NCBI GenBank assembly: GCA_963713045.1
Contig: CAVQKE010000007.1
Location: forward strand, 64,001 to 128,000
Direction of reading: 5' to 3'
Source: an uncultured delta proteobacterium
Lineage (GTDB): Bacteria > Myxococcota > Myxococcia > Myxococcales > Myxococcaceae
Length of the DNA: 64,000 bases
The stretch's first letter is position 1. Every line of letters starts with the position of its first letter. Made by a program: the position numbers and the translations under genes. Of the stretch, positions 51,968-62,800 are shown piece by piece. The notes under the pieces were generated by a model. That model searched no databases and was not told where the DNA came from. It worked only from the letters and a program-made list of their open reading frames with translations.

Positions 51968-53761
51968 TCAGAACTTGAAAGGAAAGTCGACTGCTTGGCC
52001 GGGTGAGTAGCGGTGCTTGGGGAACTGCCACGTCTTCACGAGACCCGTCATGCACGTGGCGAAGTAGGAGGTTCTGTAGCCTTCGGTCACCGGCGCGACG
52101 TTGGTCGTCTTTCCGGACGTCTGGATGACCCAATGCATCACCAGCGTCCCGTGGAGGTTGGGGTCGCGGCTCTTCTGCTCATCGACGCAGCGAACCATCG
52201 CGCTCTTGTTGGCGAGGACGACGGACATGATGTCTCCGTCGCCGACTTTCTCCGGAACGTCGGTGACGCCTGGGGCTGGTGGCACGTAGGCCGTCTTCTT
52301 TCCCGTGTCGCCCGCCGGAGCGGCCTTCTTGCCGTCGGGAGTTCCGAAGACCTCGTCGAAGAGGTCATCGGCCTTGTTGCGCGGACGGGACGCTTCGATG
52401 GTGTCCTTGGCCGGGCCTTCCAGCGTGCCGTCTGCACTGGCGGCGCTGTTGCTCCTCGACCCGCGATGCGTTCCGGTGCCCCGTCTCTGTGGCGGGGACT
52501 CGACAGCTGGGACCGGCGTGGGCGCCCTGGCGAGGGTGGGGGGCGTCGCGGGCGCCTTGGGTGGAGGCGCGGCCTGCGCTGGGCTGGCCACGGCACCGGG
52601 GGCCGGCGGCGGGGAAGAAGCCACGGGGGCCGGCACCGGCGGTGGAGGCGGGGCGACGACGACCACCGGCGCAGGCTTGTGCAGGGTTTGGAAGAGTTGG
52701 AACGCCGCCAGCGCGACCACCGCCACGAACAGGCCGACCAGTGCGAGGGTGAGGCCCTTGCGTGGAGCGGCCCCTGCGCCCGGTGTGCTTCGGTAGGCGA
52801 AGGGCGTCGGCACGGTTGGAGCGCCATTGTGGGCAGAGCGAACGGCCGGCATGGCGGTGGCCGACGGACCGGTCCGCTTCACCGGTTCTTCCGGCACCTC
52901 GAGGATGGACCTCGGCGAGGGCGGTGGAGGCGGAGGGGGCGGCGGCTTGTTGAGGGCCTCAATCTCGTCCTTCACCAAGGACGCCAGCGCGGCGGTGGCC
53001 GCGGGCCGGAAGCCGGTGTCGGAGCCGCCGGTGGCCACCGGCACCTCGGAGCGGACCGTCCTCGTCATCCCCCCAGCGCTGAACGCCGACTCCACCGGCA
53101 CGGTGACCACCGAAGGAGGAACGGGCGTCATCGCTGGTGTGGAGAAGACTGGACGCGTTGGCCGTGGTGCCAACAGCACGGCCAGTTCCCCCACGTCGGA
53201 CAGTGGAATCCAGTCGGCCAGGCCCTGCCGCCAGGTGAGGCTGTCGGGTCCAATTTCTCCCCGGTCCCACAACTCCTTCACCCGGCCTTCGGTGAGGGGT
53301 CCGGTTTGGACTTCATTGACGGCGACGAACCAGTCGTAGCCGGCGGTCGGCGGTGGCGGGGGAACCGGCGTCGGCGTGCTTCCCTGGGACATCTCGGCGA
53401 AGCGCTTGACCGACTCCTCATCCATGACACGGGTGGAGTCGGTGTCATCGGCCTGTTGGAAGGGATTGGTGACGGCGGTTCCCTCTCCACCCAAGGCCTG
53501 GTCAAACGCGGCGCCAATCTCGTCTTCGTCCACGCCGCTGAAGATGTTGTTGTCCGACGTGGGCGTCTCCGGGGCGGCGTTGGCGGCTGGCGCCTGGGCC
53601 TCTTCCAGTGCAGCCACCGCGGCTTCGGCTTCGGCCAGGGCCTCGCGGCGGACATGGATGACATGCCCGCACTTCTTGCAGCGCACTTTGACCCCGCGCG
53701 CGCCGACCTTCTCGTCGCTGATCATGTACTGCGCGCGGCAGCTGTCGCAGGCAAAGCGCAT
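51968..53761 (-). CDS. gltJ: Adventurous gliding motility protein GltJ/AgmX
   Basis: Zn ribbon CDSC...CKKC, GYF-like domain (WFVAVNEVQTGP..WRQGLADW), single TM, Pro-rich linker, TonB_C-like C-terminus (VDFPFKF). Confidence 0.88.
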   Translation of the reverse strand: MRFACDSCRAQYMISDEKVGARGVKVRCKKCGHVIHVRREALAEAEAAVAALEEAQAPAANAAPETPTSDNNIFSGVDEDEIGAAFDQALGGEGTAVTNPFQQADDTDSTRVMDEESVKRFAEMSQGSTPTPVPPPPPTAGYDWFVAVNEVQTGPLTEGRVKELWDRGEIGPDSLTWRQGLADWIPLSDVGELAVLLAPRPTRPVFSTPAMTPVPPSVVTVPVESAFSAGGMTRTVRSEVPVATGGSDTGFRPAATAALASLVKDEIEALNKPPPPPPPPPSPRSILEVPEEPVKRTGPSATAMPAVRSAHNGAPTVPTPFAYRSTPGAGAAPRKGLTLALVGLFVAVVALAAFQLFQTLHKPAPVVVVAPPPPPVPAPVASSPPPAPGAVASPAQAAPPPKAPATPPTLARAPTPVPAVESPPQRRGTGTHRGSRSNSAASADGTLEGPAKDTIEASRPRNKADDLFDEVFGTPDGKKAAPAGDTGKKTAYVPPAPGVTDVPEKVGDGDIMSVVLANKSAMVRCVDEQKSRDPNLHGTLVMHWVIQTSGKTTNVAPVTEGYRTSYFATCMTGLVKTWQFPKHRYSPGQAVDFPFKF

Positions 53762-53899
53762 CGGGACTGGCGAAGCCTCTGAAAGGTCGAGGGTTTACGC
53801 CCTAATGACCTTACACCGCAGCTGGCGGCACCGGTCAAGGAACGCGCTGGACCCACCCGAGAGTACCTTCGCGGACTGCAGCTGCCCGGGCCGGGGGGG

Positions 53900-56800
53900 T
53901 CACTTTCGGCTGGGGACCTCGACGGCAGTGCCGACGGCCGCCCGGAGGGTCGCCAGGTCCTCGGAGACGGCGAACGCCATGACTTCGCGAATTTTCGTCT
54001 TGCCCGGAATGCGAAACGCCGAGCCAGTCTCGCCCTGCACCAGGCGCTTGACGGGCTCGACGTCCCCGGCGACGAAGAGGGCGCAGCGGACCCCGGTTAA
54101 TTCTGCGCCTTCCAGGTATTCCTTGAGGGTGTCGGTGTTGCCCCGCCGGAGGACTTCCTGTGCGGCGCGAGCAAGCGCAACGCGGGCAGAATCCGGGAGG
54201 GCCGGTTCAAGCTTCTGCCGCTCGGCTTCAATGACGGCGTGCGGCGCGGTCCAGCGCCAGCTGAAGCCAGCCAGGGCCAGGGCAGCCTGAAAGACGGCGT
54301 CCAGCTGTTCGGGAAGCAGCCGCTGGGCGAGCGCCACTTCGGGGCGAAGTCCGGCCAGCGTCCGGCCCAGCAGGGCGTAGGTGTCGCGCTGACTGTCCTT
54401 GCCCAGCTCGCCGAAGAAGCGGCCGCCCACCTTCAGGGAGACGGGATGGGTTTGACAAATCTCGATGCCCACCAGCGGTTCCGGCGCGGGTTCGGACGTG
54501 CGCTTGGCCAGTTTGTCGCGGGTGGCGATGAGAAAGGGGGAAAACAGTTCCACCGCTTCCATGCCGAGCAGCTTTGCGACCGAGCGGTAGTGATGAATTT
54601 GGTACTCGGGCGCGGTGCTGACGTCAATCCGGTGGCGCTTGGGGTTGATGCCCACCTGGCTGAGGGAAGTCGCAAACAGGTGACCGGCGTGCTGGAAGAG
54701 CAATCCGAAAATCTCCGCGACCGGCGTGCGAAGCTTGGGGTGGAAGAGTTGGCCGGTCCACAGCCGCTCGGTCAGTCCACGCTGGGGGATTTCGCGCTTC
54801 TTGGCGTAGGGACCAAGCTTGGTGAGAATCTCCTTCTCGGCGGAGCCGGGGTCTCCGAGGAGCCCGGAGACCACTTGGGCGGCCATCCACGCCCCGTCGT
54901 AATCCTTTCGCTTGGCTGCCAATTCAGCCAGCGCCGAGACCACCTTGCGGGGGTTTTGGGTGCCGGAGATGGCGCGGCGGTAAGCGGCCACCGCCTTGTC
55001 CTCGCTGCCGGGAGTCTTCGACAGGAGGTCGCCGTACGTCTCCTGGACGGTGGCGTCGTCGGGCAGCCCGGCGGCGGCCACTTGGAAGGCCATCAGCGCT
55101 TCCTGGGGCTGCTTCAGCACCTGGTGGTAGAGGTCGCCAAGCGTTCTCCACAGCACCATCCTGGCAGCGTGGGTGTCGTCGGTTTTCGGCAAACGCTGAA
55201 TCATCCGCGCGTAATTCTCCTCCAGAGACTTCCATTGCTTCTCCGAGGAGAGGAGCTGCTCGATGGCACCGAAGGCCTCGACAAAGCGCGGGTCCAGTTC
55301 GAGTGCGGCGTTGAAGGCGTCCACGGCACGCGCGACGTCTTTGACGTCGTCGCGGTAAGACTCGCCGAGCGCGTACCAGACGCGCTTGGCGCGCTGTGGG
55401 TCAGCCTGCATGGCGGGAGTCTGGAGCATCCGCTCGAGGATTTCGGCCGCCTTCTGCGGCTGCCGGGTCTCCCGGTACAGCATGTAGAGGGCGTCCATGA
55501 TGTCGACGTCGTCAGGCCGCAGCCGGTGGGCCTGGACGTAAGCGTCGATGGCGGTGTGGGCATCCTTCAGGCGCTCGCGCGCCAGCTTGCCCAGCTCGAG
55601 GGCGGCCTCCGCCTTGGCGTCGCCGTCGAGGGATTGGAGCAGGCTGTGGCGGTATTCGACCGAGCGTTCCCACTGTGCGTTGGCGTCGGCCAGCGCGATG
55701 AGGGCGCGCAGTGTCGGCTCATGCCCTGGGTCGATGGCCAGCGCCTTCTCGAAGTTGTTCTGCGCGCGGTCCGGTTGGTTGAGCGCGGTGTGGACTTCGC
55801 CAATCTGCCAGTACACCTCCACCACCTCGAGGTCCGTCAGGTCCTCCCGGTGGTGGATGAGGATGGTTTGCAGCACTTTCAACGCTTGCTCGTGCCGCTG
55901 CGCTTGGACCAGGAGGTGGGCGTACCCCTCCAAGGCGGGCAGGTAGGTGGCGTCCAGTTGGTAGGCCTGCTCATAGTGTTCCAGGGCGACGTCGCGCTGG
56001 CCAAGCTTCTCGGCCACGTAGCCGAGCCGGTACACTTGCCGGCAGAGTTCTTTGTCGGCGCCCCCTTCCGGTTCCGCCGCGGCGCGGGTGCGAAGCTGGC
56101 GGACCACCACCTCCAGCATGGCTTCGGCGCGGTCCCACGCCTCCCGGGCGATGTACAAGTCGGCCAGCGGCAGGGCGGCGTCGAGCAAGTCCGGCTGGTG
56201 GCGGGTGGCCTCTTCGTACCAATGGGTGGCGGCGGCCACATCCTCCCGCCGCTCGCTGTAAAAGCGCGCCAGGGCCAACTCGGCCTGGGCCTTCTCGGCG
56301 GGGTCTTCGGCCGCCCGTGCCTCGGCGGTCAGCACCGCTTCGTAGGCGTTCCAATCCCCTTCAGATTCGTGGATGCCACGCAGCGCGCGCAGGGTGGCGA
56401 CGTGGTCGGGGTTGACGCGGAGCGCCTCGGCGTACCAGCCCTTGGCGGTGCCCACGTCCTGCAGCATGTCCTCGTTGATTTTCCCCATCCGGTGAAACAA
56501 CTCGACGGCTTCCGGACTCCGGCCGAGGAGCTGCGACTCCTGGTGCAGGACGTCCAGGGCGAAGGGCCAGTTGCCGCTTCGCTCGTACAGAAGGCCCAAG
56601 GCGTGCATCGCCGGGCGGTGGGTGGGGTCCACCTGCAGCGCTGCCTGGTAGGCATCGACTGCCCGGTCGGCGCGGCGAAGCTGGTCGCGGAAGACGTCGC
56701 CCACCTGGACGTAGAGGTCGGCCTGCTCCTGCACTTCGGTGGCCAGCTGGATGTGGCGCTCCAGCACGGCCACCAAGTCCTCCCAGCGGCCCTGGGCCAG

Positions 56801-59800
56801 TCTCAGGCGCTCCAGCGTCTTGATGGCCTGCAAGTTGGTGGGGTCGAGGGTGAGAATCCCCTCCACGCAGGCATCGGCGTTGGCGGCGTTCTGGTAGGTG
56901 TCCTCCCAAATGGCGGCAGAGCGGAAGAGGATGTGGACTTTGGCCCGGTAGTCCTCGGTCAGCTCCAACTGCCTCTCATACACGGCGAGCAGGTCGGCGG
57001 GCCGGGTCAGCCGGGTGTAGAGGCGCTCCAGCGCGTCGACTGCCTCGCGGTTTTGGGGGTCCAGTTCCAGCGCCTCCCGGTAGGCCTCAACTGCGGCCTC
57101 CTCGTCGCCGATGTCCCGTTCCTGGACCTGCGCCACCTCCACCTGAATGCGGGCGCGCTCCTCGAGGGAGGGCGCCAAGTCGCGAGCCCGCGACAGGGTG
57201 GCGGCCAAGTCCCCCCACATGTGCTGGTCTCGGTACAGCTTGGCCAGTTCGGCCAGCGTCTCCGTGTCCGGTTCAAGGTCGAGCGCCCGCGTCAGCGCAC
57301 TGGCGGCTTCGTCGATGTTGCTCAGCTGCTCGACATAGGTGCGTGAAATCTCGCGGAGAATTTGCTTTCTGGCTTCGATGGAGGGCGCGGCCTCCAGCTT
57401 CTGCTCGAGCGCGACGATGTATTCCCGGTGCCGGCCGCGCCGGGCGAAGGTGCTGGCCAGCGTGTCCAGCGCCGAGGTGTTGGTGGGGTCGAATTCAAGA
57501 ATTTTTCGGAGCGCGGCCTCGGCGGCACCAGCGTCGTCGAGGTTTTTGTCCTGGACGCGCGCGAGCACCAAGTACAGGCGGGTCACCAGCGGTCCGCGGG
57601 GCAACTCGTCGGCGACCTGCTCGTACACTGCGGCCAGCTCCTCGTAGGAGCCGGTCTCCTCGGCCAAGCGCTCGACGTCCTCCCGAAGTGCGTCGTCGGA
57701 AGGGTCGAGCTGCAGCGCGCGGCACAGGGCGAGGAAGGCGCTGTCCTTCTGTCCAAGCTTCTGCTCGCGCACCTTGCCCAAATCGCGCAGGGCACGCGTC
57801 TTCTCCTCGTCGGTGACCAGATTGGGCAGGTAGCGGTCGACCAGCTGGGCATGGGCCCGCCAGTCGTTGACTTCGGCGTACAGGGCGAGCAGCCGCTCGT
57901 ACGCGGTGCGGTTGGCGGGGTCGACATCCAACAGACGCTCCAGCACCGGGGCGGCAGACTCCGGCTTGCCGCCCGGTCCAGTCCAGAGGTCGGCCATCTC
58001 AAACAGGGTGGCCACCACCTGGTCGCGCTCTTCCAGGCGGTGGTAGACGTCGGCCTTCAGTTCGAGGGCGCGCACCGCGTCTCCGAAGGCGCGCAGCGTG
58101 ACGAAGACCTGCCGCACCCGGTCCAACTCGGGGATGGTGTGGGGCTCGACTTCGAGTGCCCGGCGGGCGGCGTCCAGCGCCTCCTCCCGCCGCTGCATCT
58201 CGGCCAGCACCTCCGCCATGCGCAGACGGATGGACTTCACCCCGGCGGCGTCGTCTTGCAGCGGGATGAGCCGGCGCAACACCACCACCAGGTCATCTCG
58301 ACGGCCCAACTCCGCGAGAACGTCGCGCAGCGTCTCCAGGGCGTTGCGGTTTCGCGCGTCCCGTTCCAGGGCCAAGCGCAGCGGCGCGACTGCCTCCTCC
58401 GGGCGTCCGAGGTTGCGGTAGAGCAGCGTCCCCACCCGCTCATCGAGGTGGACCTGTTCCAATGGCTCGGACACCTGGGCCCGGCGACTCACCAGCAGCG
58501 CGCGGAGGTCCTCCCAGCGTTCGGCCTTCTCCAGCGCTTGCTCCAGCGCGGTGAAGGCCTGGTCGGAGCGGGGATTGCGCGCATGCAACTCGCTGTACAA
58601 TTCGATGGAGGCTTCCAAGTCCGAGAGGCCCTCGGCGGACACCTTCACCATCTTGGCCAGAATCCGTTCCCGCTCGGCTCCTTTGGCCAGGTCGCGCTGA
58701 ATGCGCAGGGTGGCGAAAAGACGGTCTTGACGGCCCGAAGCCTCGTACAGTGGTTCCAGTTGTCGGGCGGCCAGGACGTTTTTGGGGTCGAGCGCCAGCA
58801 CCCGTTCGCCGGCGTCGATGGCCCGGGGCGAATCCTCCAAATCCACCTGCGCCACTTGCACCAGACGCAGCAGCAGCTGGACTTTCTCGGTGGGGTCCGC
58901 GGTGCGCTTCTCCAGCTCATCCAGCGCACCGGCCAAGCGGTCCGGCCGGGAGATGGCCGCGTACAAGCGCACCAACGCCTGAAGCGCCGGGACCGCCAGC
59001 GAAGGGTCGAGGGTCCGGGCCCTCTCGTAGCTGGGGATGGCCTTGGCCGGGTCGGCGAGGCGCTGCTCAAACAGCTCACCCAGCCGGAAGGAGACTTGGG
59101 CCGCTTCGGCGCCTTCGGCAATCCGCGGCAGCGCCTCCTCGTACAGTGCGGCCAGCTCCTCGTGGGAGTTGGAGATGTCGGCCAGCTTGTCCAGGCGCTC
59201 GCGCAGGGCGGCGTCGTTGGGGTCTTCCTTGAAGGCGCGCCACAGCGCCAGGAAGGCCGGCCCCATCTCCCGCGCCGACTCCCGCACCGTGGCCAGCTCC
59301 ACCAGAAGCGCCTTGCGCTCGAAGGGGTCGGGGGAGACGGCCACCCGTGCTTCGAGGGCCTGGGCCAGCCTCGCGCCCGCGCCCCCAGCGCGGTAGGCGT
59401 CCAACAGCACCTCTGCCGCCGCCTTGTTTTGCGGGTCCCTCTGGACAAGCTCCTCCACCCGCGGAAGGGCCAGGGCGTGGCGGGGCTCGACGGTGAGGAC
59501 GTCCCGGTACAATTCCAAGGCGCCAAATTTGTCCAACAAGCGCCGTTCGCGCACCTCGGCCAGTCGGGCCTTCAGCTGCAGTGCTGCGCCCCCGTCGGCC
59601 GTGGCGGCACGGCGCGCCAGCACGTCAGCCACTTCGGGCCAGCGCTCGGTGCGGGTGCAGAGGACGTCCATCCGCTCCAGGGCCTCGGGGTCATCCGGCT
59701 TCAGTTCCAGCAGACGTCGCAGGGTAGCCAGAGCGCCCACCGGGTCCTGCAGCGTCTTGTCCTGCAGGTTGGCCATCCGCAACAGAAGGGCCGTCTTGGT

Positions 59801-62800
59801 GCCCGGGTCCTGGGCTGCAGCCAGCTGTCGGCGGAGGACTTCCAGCACCTCCGCCGGCCGGCCAGCCTGGCCATGCAAGCGTTCCAGGCCACCCAGCGCC
59901 TCGGCATCGGCCGGCACCGCCTCCAGCAGTCGCTCCCAGGCGTGGACTGCCTCCTCGGTGCGTCCCAGGGACTGCTGGGCCTGGGCCAGGGCGCGGGTAA
60001 TGCCAATGCGGGCCGCGTCACTGGAGGCCCGCGGCAGCACCTCTTCCAAGAGCGCGGCAAGTTCCTCGTGCGCCGGGGCCCGTTCGGCCAGCCCGACGGC
60101 CAGCGCCAGGGACGGCTCCTCATCGGGAAGTTCCCGCAGGGCACGCGCGGCAGCGACGAAGGCCAGCTCCGGGTTTTGCATTGGCCCGGCGTACAGCTTG
60201 CCCACCTTGCGCAGCAGCGCCGCGCGGTCCTCGGCCTTGGGCTCGGTGGCGGCGCGGGCCTCCAACACCTGGACCAGCCGCAGGTGGTCGCCGCCGGCCG
60301 TGAAGATGGGCTCCAGCGCCTCGGCCGCTTCGCCGCGGAGCGGGCTTTGGGAGCGGGCCATCTCCTCCAGCGCACCAATGGCGCCAGCGTGCCCCTGCCG
60401 CTGGCGCAGGACGTCTTCAAACGTGGCCAGGGCACCGCGCGGGTCGTCGAGGCGGGCCAGGCGCAGGCGGCCCAGGCGCACCATCAAGTCAAACATCTCC
60501 TCCGGGCGCTGCCCCGCCTGCGCCAACTCAATTTCCCGGGTGATGAGAGAGGCCAGCTCCGGCCAGCGCTCGCTTTCGGTCAGCACCTTGCCCAGGGCGC
60601 GGATGGCGGCCGCGTCGTCTGGCTTCCGGGCGAGAATTTCGCCGTAGGCCTGCGCCGCCAACTGCCGGTCGGCGAGCGACTCTTCGGCCAAGGTGCCGAG
60701 TTCCGCCAACAGCTCCATCTGCCTGGCGGGCGAGGGGTCGGCCATCACCTGGCGCTTCATCACGCCGGACAGGGCGTGCCAGTCATGCTGCCGCTGGTGC
60801 AGCCGTGCCAGCGCCGCCAGGACGTCCAGGTTTTTCGGTTCTCTTCGGGAGAGCTCCTCGTAGGCTTTCACCGCCAGCTCGGGGCGCTCCAGTCTGTCGG
60901 AATAGAGGTGGGCGAGGCGTCGCCACAACTCGGTGGAGGTGGCGTTGGTGACGCCGCGCTCGAGTTGGTCTTCATAGGCGGCCGCCAGCTCCTCAAAGGC
61001 GCCGCATTCTGCGGCCAGGCGCTCCAGCTGCTCGCGAGAAGCGGGGTTCTCCGGCGCCTCGGCCAAAATGCGGGCCCGCGCCGCGAAGGCGAATTCTTTC
61101 TGGCCCAGCGACTCGCGGAGCGTCGCCACCTCCTCCAGCAAGGCGAGCCGCTGCGTGGGGTTGGACACCGGAATGCGAATTTCCAGGACGTCCACCAGGT
61201 GGCGTGCGTCATTCAGGCTGCGGTAGACCTTCTCCAGGACGCGGGCTGCTTCCTGACGGACCGCTTCGCTGGCCAAGAGCCGCTCCAACCCGGCAACGGC
61301 ATTCGGGTCGCTCGGGGCCCCGTCCAGCAGCTGCGCGTACCCGGCGACCGCGGGGGCCAGGTCCCCTTGCTTCTCCAGCAGCTGGGCGCGCCGCAGCAAG
61401 TACCCTCGCCGCACGTCCCCCGACGTCGCCTGCACCAGCTGGGCAAGGATGTCGCCTTGGGCGTCGAGGTCCTTGGCCTTGCCGTAGAGACGGTCCAGCG
61501 CTTCGAGGCCATCGACGCCCCTGTCCAGCGCCAGGGCTTCCTTGAAGGCGTCGATGGCGCGCGCTTCTTCCCCGGCCGACTCGAGCGAAGCGCCGGCCCG
61601 CATCAGCAGAGCGCGCCGTTCGGCCGGCGCCCCGGCCAGTTTGGCCTTCTTGAGGGTAATCTCCGCCAATTCTTTGGCGTTCCGGCTCAGTTCGAAGAGG
61701 CGCCCGAGGGCGTCCAGCGCCTGGCGGTCCTGGGGCGCTGCCGCCAGCAGCGCCTGCCAGTCGCGAATCGCAAAATCTGACAGGCCGAGGTGCTCGCGGA
61801 GTTCTGCCGCGCGGCGCAGCACGTCCACCGCCTCCGGCTCGTGCAGCTTCGCCGCCAGCGCTTCATAGACTTGGGCCAACTGCTCATAGGAGCCGCTGGT
61901 CCGCGCCAGCCTTTCCAAGTCGGCGCGCGCCGCCGGCCGGTCGACTCCGGTGCGGAAGGCCTCGGCCGCCGCTTCGAAGGCGCGGTCCGGCGCGGCGAGG
62001 TCTCTCTCCAGAATGCCGCGCAGTTCGCGGGCCAACCGCACCTTCTCGTCGGTCAGCGCGTCGGCCATGCGCGCCTCGCGAATGTGCACGCGCCGTTGGT
62101 GGTCGCCAGTGCGCGCCAGCACCGGGTCGAGAATTTCCAAAGCGGTGGCACCCTCGGCTTCCTGAGAACGTGCCCAGGCCTCGAGGAGGTCGCGACTCGG
62201 CTGGTGGCCGGGGTCCTCGACCAAGACCGCTTCCAGCAGCTGCAGGGCACCCGCCGTGTCCCTCAGCTTCTCTCGGCGCAGCTGCGCCAGCCGGAAGGTG
62301 GCCTCGCGGCCCTGGGGGCTTTGTCCTTCCTGCGCCCGCCGCAGCTCCAAGGCGAAGGCCAGCCCCTCGTCTTTCCCCAATTCCAAATACAGGCGGTCCA
62401 GCGCGGTGACGGCCTCTCGATTCAGGGGGTCCGCCTCGGCGACGCGGCGCCAGAAGACGGAGGCCGTCTCGCGGTCCGCCAGCTTGCTTTCCTGAAGCAG
62501 GGCAGCCTCTCGCCACAGGGCCACCCGCTCGGCCGGCTCCTTCACCACCGAGGCCAGGGTGTCGAGCACCTTGGCCAGGCCGGCCCATTGCTCGCCGGCG
62601 CGGTGCAGGCGCTGCAGCGCCCGAAGGGCGTCGACGCTGGCCGGCTCAATGGCCAACAGCGCTTCCAGGTGCGCCACGGCGCCGGCCCGGTCGTCTAATT
62701 TCTTTTCCTGGACGTCGGCCAACTCCCGCAGCAGAGCGGCCCGCACCGGCGCGCTGTCCGCGGTGCCCACCAACTCGGTCAGGACGGTGGCAAAGCCGTC

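Noticed and set aside
54239..61780. Very long plus-strand ORFs (1035 and 1472 aa)
   Set aside because: Antisense shadows of the GC-rich gltI gene; no motifs of their own.
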